Origin: the human T2T-CHM13v2.0 reference genome, Homo sapiens
Strand: one strand, 5' to 3'
Assembly (NCBI RefSeq): GCF_009914755.1
Contig: NC_060931.1
Length of the DNA stretch: 64,000 bases
Below are positions 26,321 to 37,035 of this stretch, piece by piece (position 1 is the stretch's first letter; every line of letters starts with the position of its first letter). Position numbers and translations under genes: made by a program. A model generated the notes under the pieces. That model saw only the letters and a program-made list of their open reading frames with translations. It was not told the origin of the DNA and searched no databases.

Positions 26321-27469
26321 ATGGTATTTTAAAATAGTGACAATTCCTATTTTCAAGTCTGTCAGTAAGCCTCTTAATGGTAGGGACTTCCGTGTTATTT
26401 GTTTTTGCATTTCACCCTGTAACAATTACTCAAAAAAGCTGTTGTATGAATGAACTACAGTTTGAAAAATACGACCCCAAGACTGTGTGTCTTTAAGAGA
26501 GAACCAACCCTTTGCATTCCGGTGCTCTTCGTATGGCTGCCTGTAGCATTTTTCAGATCTAGTTGAGAAACCGATGGGAGGACATGGAGATAAGTCTCAT
26601 TACTCTTTTCTTTCTTGGCTATACTTCTCTAGCATCTGTTGTAAACAAAACAGAAAAGAGTCTTTCTAAACCTGGTGAAAATATCTCAAATGCAAGGAAG
26701 CCAGTGATGAAAAATGCAATATCAAAGTTCGGGCTGTTACAAACACATGGCATAAATCACATCTGCTCATTAAACTTATTACAAAGAATGATAACAAAAG
26801 CAAAGAGATGTCTGAAAATGTCTTGGGAAAAATAAAGTAGCTAATAAATTCGTGGTTTTACTGTTTTATGTCATAAGGATGGATATAATTTCATTTGGGA
26901 CAAATGTTTCTGGACTCAGACTACAGACTACAGATTTGGAGCTGAAGGCCACTACCAAGGCAATCTCCTCTAACATCTTCATTTCAGAGCTGATGAGCTA
27001 GATAGTCATGCCCTGTGACCTCTCAGCTGGTTATGGCAGAACTCGCCCAAGAGCAAGGGGCGTAATATATTAATTAGTTTAAACTGATATGCGTTATGTA
27101 CTAACAGGGTCTGGGCAGACCAGTAGCATCTAAATATTATTCTAAGAGCCAGAAGCTTTTTTTCCAATAAAGCCTTATGCTGAAAACAATAATTATGGCA
27201 GAATCCTTCTGATGGAGCCTGGGGGGTGGACTGCTTTTTCCCTCTGCTGCTGCAGCCCTGACGTGGTTTAGTGTGTCCTGGGACTATCCCTTTGACTTCC
27301 CTCCTCTGTATTCTTCTGAAATACAGGACCCATCCACTGCATATAGTCCCAAGTTTACTTGCTTCTCTTCCCTCCTAAACTGTGGAATCTCTCAACATAA
27401 TGATTGTGTCTTACACAAAACTGCATATCTCAGTTTCTGAACTCAGGAAATATTAACTTTGTTCTTTGA

Positions 27470-28090
27470 CTTGCCAGGTTCTTTTCAAGGTGTTGGTGAC
27501 ACAGATATGAGGAAAACAGAGTTGACTCGTGGTGATGGAGCTTACATTCTATGGGGCAAGAGTGAGCAGAGGGTAAATCATGAAATAAAGAACTTACTAT
27601 AGACACATATTGTGGGGAAAATACAGCAGCAGAAGATAATAGGAAGTGTCAGGACATTTGGAGTGGCTAAATCTGCTGTTTTTTTTTTTTTTTCCAGAAT
27701 GTGGACAAGAAGACATCTTCAATAAAGTGACATTTATATAGAGACATAAAGAAATGGAGGGGGAGCCATGCATATCAAGGAACATAAGTGCAAAGGCCTT
27801 GAGTTAGAATCCTGTAGGGTGATTTGTAGAAACAGTAAGGCCAGAGAGGAACACAGCTGGAACAGAGTGAATTAGGAGATGTGAACAGAAAGGTCGCAGG
27901 GAGTCAGGTTATTTAGGACTCTGTAGGCCATTGTAAATATTTGGGATGGGACACTGGGCAGAGGAGTAACATCATCTCATTTCAGTTTTGAAAGGTTCAC
28001 TCCAGCTACTCTGTTGACAATGGATTATAGAAGACTGAACATGGAATCCAGGAGACCAGTCAGAAAACTTCTTCAGGAATCCAGCACAGT
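27470..28090 (-). mobile_element. L2 fragment
   Basis: ggagcttacattctatgggg...aagtgcaaaggccttgag...tgtaggccattgtaa...gcagaggagtaacatcatct...ggagaccagtcagaaaact. Confidence 0.75.
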
Positions 28091-28109
28091 AATGGCAAAT
28101 TCATCCTTC

Positions 28110-28350
28110 CCCTTTATTAGGCCTCTCTACTCCACATTTTTCATTGCCTGCATTCCAATCCATCTGCAAATCCTTTGGCTGTACCAGCTAAATATGCTCA
28201 GAATCTAATCACTTCTTATCACCTCCACTGTTCCCCATCTAAGGCACCCTCATGTCTCATCTCATTATTGCCATTAGCTTCCCAGCCTCAATCCTCTCTA
28301 TTGCTTCCTCTTAACACAATAGCCTGTGGTTCTTTGAAAATGTCAGTCAG
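28110..28350 (+). mobile_element. L2 fragment abutting the L1M 5' end
   Basis: cattccaatccatctgcaaatcctttggctgtacc...agaatctaatcacttcttatcacctccactg...aacacaatagcc...tttgaaaatgtcagtcaga. Confidence 0.65.
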
Positions 28351-31071
28351 AAGCAGAAAATGGCAGAGTAGGGAACTCTAAAACTGTTTCTTCACTAAAG
28401 CAACAATAAAGTTGGCATAAACTATTAGGTTAACTTTTTAAAACTAAGGAATCTAATAAAAAATATACAACAATAAAAGAAGTGTTTCACAAAGAAAGAA
28501 GCTCCTAAATTTCAGCAAAAGAGTATTGTGGTGCTTTAACTTACCTATACAATTTACCACTTTCCAGCTTGGTGGTAGCTGTGGGGCTGGCTGCCCATGT
28601 TATTGACATAACTTGATGGCCCCAGAGGAGGCACTTAGTCTCAAACAATTATGATTGTATGTCTGTCTGGTGGCTCCCCGAGTGATTGGTGAGGGAATTC
28701 CCTATGTTTCACATGCCTCTGAACTTTCTCAGGCCTGAAGCAGCCTCCTGAGTGGCATTTAAAGAAATCATTTAAGGCAAACATACTCACTGCTGCTGCC
28801 TGGGGAAGGTTATAACAGATAGCAAAAGCAGCAGACAGACTAGAAAGGTTAGGAAAAGTCAGGGAAAGAATATAAATGTGAGAATAAGTATTTTAATAGA
28901 TTCCACATAATTGGATAACCTGGAAGTCCACACAAATGCCCAGGACTAGACATGCTCAGAAAAGACTGGAGAACACCATGAACTTTCATCTCTGGCTCCT
29001 GTCTTTAGGCTCCCGTGAAGCTGAAAGTGGACATTAAGCAAATGTAAATGGCCTAGCTAAGCATTAAAGGAATGCTCAAACACGTAGCCAGTCCACAAAG
29101 ACTTGAAGTATTTTTTGTTACATTGGGTTTAGGCATTTAAGAAAATCTCTGTTAAATCACCAGCTGACCAGTAAGTTAACAGAACTGGAACTTTGGTGAC
29201 TACACATAACAGAGAAAACAGTCTTATAAAAAGAATTTAGAAGAGTCACTAAACAACTACAACCTACAAGTAGCAACAGCAAATCCTGGGGAGAAGAAGA
29301 TTATGATTTCTAGAGTTACAGATTATGATATTAAAAATGTTCAATTATCAAAAATTTACAACACATGCAAAGAAACAAGAATGTATGGCCCACTCACAGG
29401 AAAAAATAAATGAACCAAAACTGTCCCTAAGAAAACACAGACATTGGATTTACTATAAAAAGACTTTAAATCAACCATCTTAAATATGCTTAGAGAGATA
29501 AAGAAAAACCATAGACAAAGGAGACCATAAATATGATGCCTAGACAAATAGAGATTACCAACAAAGATAGAAAATATAAGAATAGACCAAACAGAAATTC
29601 TGGAGCTAAAAAATGCAATCTGAAATTAAAGCTTCACTAGAGAGATTCAGCATAAAATTTGAACAGAAAGAAGAAAGCATCCTCAAAATTTCAAACTAAA
29701 CTTAAGATAGCTCAATGTAGATTATTCAATTTGAGAAGCAGAAGTGGAAAGAAATGAAGAAAAATGGACATACCTTAAGAGACCTGTGGGACACTGTGAA
29801 GTGTACCATTATATGCATAATGGAAATCCTAGAAGAAGGAGAGAAAGAAGCAGAAAAGTTATTTCAAGAAATAATGGTCCAAATTTTTCAAATGTGAGAA
29901 ATAACATAAATCAGCATATCAGGGAATCTCAATGGACTTTTAACCAAAAAAGCACAAAGACTCCATTACGCGTTATAATTAGACTTTCAAAAGGAAAAGC
30001 CAAAAAAGAATCTTGAAAGCAGGAAGTAAGAAGCAACTTGTCATGTTTTTGTACAAGGAATCTTAAATAAGAATAAGAGTCAACATCTCATCAGCAAGCA
30101 TGAAGGGCAGAAGGAAGTGGGACAATATATTTAAAGTGCTGATAGAAAAAAAACTGTTAACCAAGAATTCTGTCTGGCAAAACTAATCAATGAAGAAGAA
30201 ATAAAGACATTCCCAGATAAATAAACTTTGAAGAAGTTCATCACTAGTAGGCCTGTCCTACAAGAAATGCTGAAGGTATTCCTTGAGGTTGAAATAAAAG
30301 GACACCAGACAGTAACTCAAAGCTGTATGAAGAATTAAAGAAGACCAGTAAAGGCAGCTACAGAGATAAATATACAAGCTAATATTATTGTATTTCTGGT
30401 TTGTAACTTCTCTTTTCTTTTTCTTTTTTCCCCTATATGGTTTAAAATTCAAATGCCAAAAATAATATAAATTTGTGTTAATGGGCACTCAATGTGTAAA
30501 GACAAAATCTGTGACAATAATAACATAAAGAGATGGATGAGGCTGTATAATAGCAGAGGTTTTGTACACAATTCAGGCTAAGAGGGTATTGATTCAAGCT
30601 ACATTGTTATAAATTTAATATGTTAATTACAATCTCCAGATTGTGCGGTAGAAAATAAAGAAAATAAAAAAGTGAAGAAAATAATTAAAAACTATGCAGA
30701 AAAGAAAATAGGAATTGAACAAAAATGGACTAGAAAAAATCAATTACACAAAAAACAAATCCATAATGAAGGAATTGAGAAAAACATATACAAAATCTAT
30801 GGAATATAAATAGCAAAATGAGAGAAGGAGGCCTTTCCTTGACAGTAATTACTTTAAATATAAATGAATCAAACTATTCAATTAAATGGCAGAGATTTTC
30901 AGTATGTATTAAAAAACGTGATCCAACTATATACTATCTAAAAGGGACTTATTTTAGCTATAAAGACACAAAAATGCTGAAAATAAAAGGACAGATAAGA
31001 TACTTCATGCAACTACTAATCAAAAGAGATCTGGAACGTCTCCACTATTATTAGACAAAATAGACTTTAAA

Positions 31072-31971
31072 TTTCGTTTTTTTGCTTCCAAAAGCTTTAT
31101 TTTAATTTGATCCAAGGCTTGGGAGAGTGCTCCAGGGTAGTTAAAAAGCTGCCCAGTGGCTGGAGGGAGAGGCTTAGGCAGAAGCCCTGTTACTTTGCAA
31201 GGGGCCCCCCAGAAGTCCCTGGGCTCAGTAGGCTCCTAGTTGTACTTGAAGGTGAGCCTTTCAAAGAGATACTCGCCAGCCCAGCCTCCAGGCCAGCCAG
31301 CCTGTGCAGCCTGTGGAGGTTGGTCAGGTGGTCACCCATCTTCTTGATGAGTTTAACTTCCTCATCTAGGAAGTGACTCTCCAGGAAGTCACAGAGATGG
31401 GGATCTGTGTAGCCAGAACTGAGGGCATGAAGATCCAAAATGGCCTAGTTCAGATTTTTCTCCAAGGGCATTGTGGCTTCCATGGCATCCAAAGTTGTAC
31501 CCCACTTATCTTGAGCCGGTTTCTGGATGTCCTGGAAGACAGCATGCTGCCACACTGGTTTTGTATCTTTGAGCGATGCTCAGTGCTCTCATGCTTCTCC
31601 TCAGCTGATTTGCAGAAGTGGCCCATGCCTTCCAGAGCCACATCATCATGGTCAAAATAGAAGCCCAGAGAGAAATACGTTTAGAAGATCCACAAGTACA
31701 AATTGACCAGGTGGTTGATGGCTGCCTCCACCTCAATGGAATAATTCTGATAAATCTGGGAGCTCATGGTTAGCAAGAAGGAGCTAACTACAAAAATGGT
31801 GTTGGCTGGTCCCAGAAGCAGGAGATGACCGAGAAGATGTTCCCGAAGGTTGAAAATGGAGAGAAGATTGGAAGGTAGCTGGAGACTGGAAGAAAGAGAG
31901 TTCCTGGATCTGTTCCATCCAAACACTGTTGAAGCAAGAGACAGATCCACAGGACTGCTGAATGTGCTGCC
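31072..31971 (-). pseudogene. FTLP15: Ferritin light chain processed pseudogene (probably FTLP15 if human 7p12.3)
   Basis: Intronless. ATG at 31767 gives MSSQIYQNYSIEVEAAINHLVNLYL then a TAC>TAA stop at 31681-31683. Frameshifts follow, then [33 protein letters not shown] and the native stop at 31236-31238. 5' UTR has an IRE; AATAAA at 31096-31101; degenerate poly(A) at 31072-31083; TSD tagactttaaa at 31061-31071 / 31972-31982. The pseudogene number is from recollection only. Confidence 0.97.
31906..31948 (-). promoter_or_regulatory. Iron-responsive element (IRE) hairpin in the FTL retrocopy 5' UTR
   Basis: Minus strand reads GGATCTGTCTCTTG-C-TTCAA-CAGTGT-TTGGA-TGGAACAGATCC: bulged C, 5-bp upper stem, CAGUGN loop (31923-31928) and a closing GGATCTGT/ACAGATCC stem. 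Confidence 0.9.
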
Positions 31972-32524
31972 TAGACTTTAAAATGTATCATAGAAGACAA
32001 GAAAATTGTGTATTCAAAAAAGGTTAATCCATCAAGAATATATGACAATGATGAACATACCTGAACATCAAACAGAACCCCCAAGACACATGAAACAAAA
32101 ATTGACAGAAATAAACTGAGAAAAAAAATTCTACAATAATATTTGGAGACTTTAATATCCAAATTTCAATAATGAATAGAACAAATAGACAAAATGTCAG
32201 TAAGGAAATAGAGGACTTAAACAACACTATAAACAATTGGAATTAGTAGACATATAAATAACACTCCACTACCACAAACACCAGAATATGCATTCTTCTC
32301 AAGTGCACATGTAACATTCTCCAAGCTAAATCTTATATTAGGCCACAAAACAAGTCACAGTAAATATTAAAAGGTTGAACTCATACAAAGTATTTTCTCT
32401 GACTACGAAGGAATGAAACCAGAAACCAGTAACAGAAGGATAGCTGGAAAACTCAGAAATATGTGGAAATTAAACAACATACTCATAAATAAGCTCTAAG
32501 TCAAAGAAGAATTTAGAAAATACT

Positions 32525-34520
32525 GTTTTTTTTTTTTCAGGATGGATAAACCCCTCTTAGGAAGCAGGCAACAAACAGCTGCAGACAAAAGTATACCTTA
32601 TAACAACAACCCAACATACTAGAAGATTTTCCAGTTTAAAAGACACAGAATCCTAAAATGTGAAACTGCAGAGGAACTCAGAGGCCACTGTCCAAGTCTG
32701 TCACAGTCCTCCATATGGCAAAGATGAAGAAAACTGGCAATCTTTTTAGGGGTACCAAGGATCTCCGTTTGTATGGTCTTTATAAATGCAGAGCAGGATG
32801 TGGCTTTCCTGCCCCAATTTCACCTCAAGGCATCTACAGCAACCCCACATGGCTCCCCTCTGTGCTCATGAAATAACTTGAGGTCAGGGTCTCTCAGCTT
32901 TAAAGCCTTGGAATCCTACGCATAGTTTGTTTGTGTGTAGATATGCAGTTTGAAGGGTAGCTTCTGTAACAAGGTGTTGAACTCCACGAAAGTTCAGAAT
33001 CATGTCACTGGATCCCTAGTCCGTCTCCACAGACCAGGGTGCCAGTCAGGTCAGTTGCTGTGGTAACTGCAGCAGATGGTCCCTTTAGAGATGGAGTCCA
33101 GGGATGTCATGGCCAAGGCACAGAGTTTTATATCAACTGAAGAAAGTGAAGACCAGCCAGAGAGGCTGCAGTTCAGGGAATCCAGAGGCTCCTCCCCCAC
33201 CATGATACTAGGAAGGTCTATCCCCAGGGTGACAGAAATAAGGCACTGGACTGATTCAGGCATGCTAGGTTCCCAGCAGAGGAGGGTGAGGGAGGAGATC
33301 CAGGGGGCCTGGCTCAGTCATCTTACCTGGTGCACCTTTCTCCCCCAGAGATAATTCTTTCAAAAAAGTTTGGATCCTACACAGACCAAAAATGCTGGTG
33401 TCAGGGCTTTTACAAAGTGCCTGTGGTGCTGTAGATCCTGCAGCAAGGTGCTCTTGGCAGGCACCCAGTACAGTTCTGCCCTGTCCTCATCCTCAATATA
33501 GACCTCCAAATTATCAGGGCAATATTTTTGCTCTAGGTCCCAAGAGGGTGTTTCACCAAACATCACCATTAGATGATCAATAAATCTGGAGTCCTCATGA
33601 AAAGCAGAGATGAAATCCGATTGGGCATACTCTGGGTACAGAAAGAGCACAGGCCAGCTCAGCCTGCCCTGGTCATCTAGACTCAGTCTGGCTCCATGGG
33701 GGTTCTCAGAGCTGAGTCCATCCAGGAAAAGCTCACCTAGACCTTCTGAGGCTGAAACTTCATCCTCACAGGCAGCTTCAGAGAGCCTGATATTCCTAGC
33801 CTTGGTATCCTGGAGTAAAACTTCATTCTGATTCCTCTCCTTTTCTTTCAAGTTGGCTTTCCTCACATCCCTCTGTTCAATTAGCTTCAGCTTGTCTACT
33901 TTAGCCCTCATTTCCAGAAGCTTCTTCTCTTTGGCATCTATCTGCAGTCCCTCATCACATCAGTTCACAGCCTTGGCAAAGTGTTTCAGTTCCAGATGGC
34001 ATAAGGCACCTCTTATTATTGCTTTGAGGTAGCACGGTTTTAACTTTTTGGCAGCTGTCACATCACGGAGAGCAGAATGAAAATTGCCCAGATAGTATTG
34101 TGCTGCTGCCCGGTTGGTATAAAGGACAGCACTCAAATCAGGATTTGCACATTTCTTCTTTAATCCCTCAGTGTAGGAAATTACAGCTTTCTTGTAGTCT
34201 TTTTCTTTAAAATAATCATTGCCCTCATCTTTATAGGTCTTGGCCTGTTCTGGAGAATGCTCCCCATCAAAAATAATTGACTGGAGACAAGCCAAGTCAG
34301 GATTCTCCCTGGGATCAATTTCTGATGGCGCTTTCTTCATAAACAGGGGGACCTTTTCAAATTCCTCTTCCCACTGGTCCTCATGAAAGCCGCCACGGTA
34401 AGGCTGGCTCTGGAACTTTTCCAGGAACAAGTCCGTGGCATCGTCTGAGGTGGGGTCCTGCTCAGGTTACTCCATAACTGATGCCCTGCCCTCCAGCCCA
34501 GGTCCCGGCACCGTGAAGTG
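32525..34520 (-). pseudogene. TTC4P1: TTC4 (TPR-domain Hsp70/Hsp90 co-chaperone, Cns1 family) processed pseudogene
   Basis: Intronless CDS homolog 34475-33318 in one frame. ORFs 33960..34430 (FLEKFQSQPYRGGFHEDQW...TPR motifs) and 33360..33911 (WPVLFLYPEYAQSDFI) match TTC4. Nonsense codons at codon 3 (ATG GAG TAA), 33960-33962 and 33360-33362. 3' UTR then T12 at 32526-32537. TSD tagaaaatact at 32514-32524 / 34521-34531. Confidence 0.97.
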
Positions 34521-36659
34521 TAGAAAATACTCTACAATGAACAAAAATAAAATACAATATTCAAGATTTATGAATGCAATAAAAGCAGTGGTCAGAAGGA
34601 ACATTTAAGCTCTAAACACATTAAAAAAGAAGAATGATATTAATAGAAAATCTAATTGTGTATCTTACATAACTAGAAAATGAAAAGCAGTCTAAAGCCA
34701 AAGCATGAAGGAGGTAGGAAATAATGATTAGAGGAAACATAAATGACATAGAGAATAGAAAAACAAGAGAGAGTATCAATGAACCTAAAATTTGGTTCTT
34801 TAAAAAGATTACCAGATTTGACAAACCTTTAGCTATACTAATAATAGAAGACTAAAATAAATAAAATTAAAAATGAAATCATAGACATTATAACTGATAC
34901 CATAGAAATACAAAGGATCAAAAGAAACTACTAATGAACAATTATATGCCAACAAATTGGATTACCTACAGGAAATTGATGAATTCCTACAACATACAAC
35001 CTACCAACGCTGAATCATGAAGAAATAGAAAATCTAAACAGACCAATAGTGAGTAAAGAGATTGAGTCTGTAATCAAAAATCTTACAAAAAAGAAAAGCT
35101 CAGTATCAGACAGCTTCACTGATGAGTTCTATCAGTCCTTTAATGAAAATTTATACCAATCATTGCCAAACTCTTTCATAAAATTGAAGAGATGAGAGTA
35201 GTTCATAATTCATTGTATGAGGCTGGCATTACGTAGATACAAAGCCAGACAAAGACATTACAAGATTGTCTCTTTTAAGTATAGATGCAAAGCCTCTTGA
35301 TAAAATCCTATCAAACTGAATACAGCAGCATATTAAAGGGATCATACTCCATGACAAATGGGATTTATCTCAGTAATGCAAGAATGGTTCAACGTATGAA
35401 AATCACTCAATGTAAGAAACCACATGAATAGAATGAAGGGAGAAAAAAGACCCCAAAATATATGAACATTTCAGTTGATGCAGAGGAATCATTTGATAAA
35501 GTTCAACATTCTTTTAAAACACTCAGTAAATGAAGAATAAAAGATATCTTCCATAACACGATAAAGGTGATATATGAAAAACCCACAGCTAACATCACAC
35601 CCAATATTGAAAGACTCAAAGCTTTCCCTTAACAATGGGAACGAGAGCAGGATTCCTACTGTCGCTATTTTTACTCAATATAGTAGTAGAAATTCTAGCC
35701 AGAGCAATTAGAGAAGTCAAATAAATGAAAATCTTACAAATTGAAAAGAGAGAAGTTCTCCATTCACAGATGACCTGGTCTTATGTGTAGAAAGCTCTAA
35801 GGATTTAATAACAAAACTATTAGAGCTAATAAATGAATTAAGCAAAGTTGTAGGACAAAAAATCAATAAACAAAATCAGTTGTGTTTCTATACACTAGAA
35901 ATAAGCAATAGGACAAGTTTTTTAAAACTTTCTTTTTATAGTAGCATCTGAAAGAACAGATATGTAGGAATTTAATCGGAAATTAAAGACGTACTGAAAA
36001 CTACAAAACATTGCTGAAATAAAGAAGTCATAAATCAATGGAATGTGTTCATGGTGTAAGATTTAATATTGTTAAGGTGATAATGCTACTCGATTTGCTT
36101 TGCTAATCAAAGCAATCTACAGATTGAATCCAACAATTTTTTTTTTCTTGTGGAAATAGAAAACCCATTCTAAAGTTCATATGAAATCTTAAGGGACCTT
36201 GCATAGCCAAAACAATCTTGAAAAGAATAAATGTGGACAACTCACATTTCCTGATTTCAAAACTTATCACAAAGATACAGTAATCAAAACAGTGAGGTAC
36301 TTGTATAAAGACAGACATACAGACCAATAGATTTGAATAGATATTCCAGAAGTAAACTCTCACATACACAGACAATTGATTTTTGACAAGGGCACAAAAG
36401 CCATTCAATGGGGAAAAGGACAATCTTTTCAACAAATGGTGCTGGGAAAACTGTGTATCCACATGTAAAAAAATGAAGTCAAACCTTTTCCTCAAATTAT
36501 ATACAGAAATTCACCAAAAATGAATAAAATACTTAAATATAAGAACTAAAACTATAAAACTCTTAGAGGAAAACATACAACTAAATCTTCATGATATTAA
36601 TTTCTTAGATATGACACCAAAAGGATGAGGAATAACAAAAATAGATAAACTGAAGGGTA

Positions 36660-36922
36660 GAAAGCAAAGTGATAATGGAAGATGAGAGTCGAGTGATGTG
36701 ACCAGGAGCCAAGGAATGCCATGGCCTCTAGATATGGGGAGTTAAGGGACCAATTTTCCCTGGAAACTCCTGAAGGAACTTGCCATGCCGACACCTTGAT
36801 TATAGCCCTTTAAGATACATTTTGGACTGTTGATCTCCAGGATTGTAAGATAATACATTCGTGTTGATTTAAGCCACTGAATATGTGGTGATTTGTTACA
36901 GCAGCAATAGTAAACTGATACA
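36660..36922 (+). mobile_element. MLT1 (C/D-like) MaLR LTR, 3' part
   Basis: agccaaggaatgcc...ccgacaccttgat...tgtaagataatacattcgtgttgatttaagccactgaatatgtggtgatttgttacagcagcaatagtaaactgataca. Confidence 0.85.
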
Positions 36923-36924
36923 CA

Positions 36925-37035
36925 ATCTCAATGAAAGTAGGGATTTCTGTCTTCCCACACCCTGCTCACTTCACTAGAGAATTTATAGCACTTAGTGTAT
37001 TCTTCGATAAATATTTGTTGAGTAAGATGAATGAA
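36925..37035 (+). mobile_element. L2 3' terminus
   Basis: ctcaatgaaagtagggatttctgtc...tagcac...ataaatatttgttgagtaagatgaatgaa. Confidence 0.6.

Larger units (their letters stand above)
28352..36660 (+). mobile_element. Ancient L1M LINE-1 (5' UTR, decayed ORF1, long inter-ORF, decayed ORF2; 3' truncated), host to FTL and TTC4 retrocopies
   Basis: 5' motif aaaatggcagagtaggg. ORF1 remnants ~29400-30340. ORF2 endonuclease remnant in ORF 30818..31054 (VITLNINESNYSIKWQR...DPTIYYL). L1 text resumes after each retrocopy TSD and continues through RT-region and late-ORF2 sequence to ~36650, with many stops and frameshifts. Confidence 0.9.

Noticed and set aside
33360-34430. TTC4-like ORFs as a real CDS
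   Set aside because: Intronless, with stops at codon 3 and mid-CDS, a tail and a TSD: processed pseudogene.
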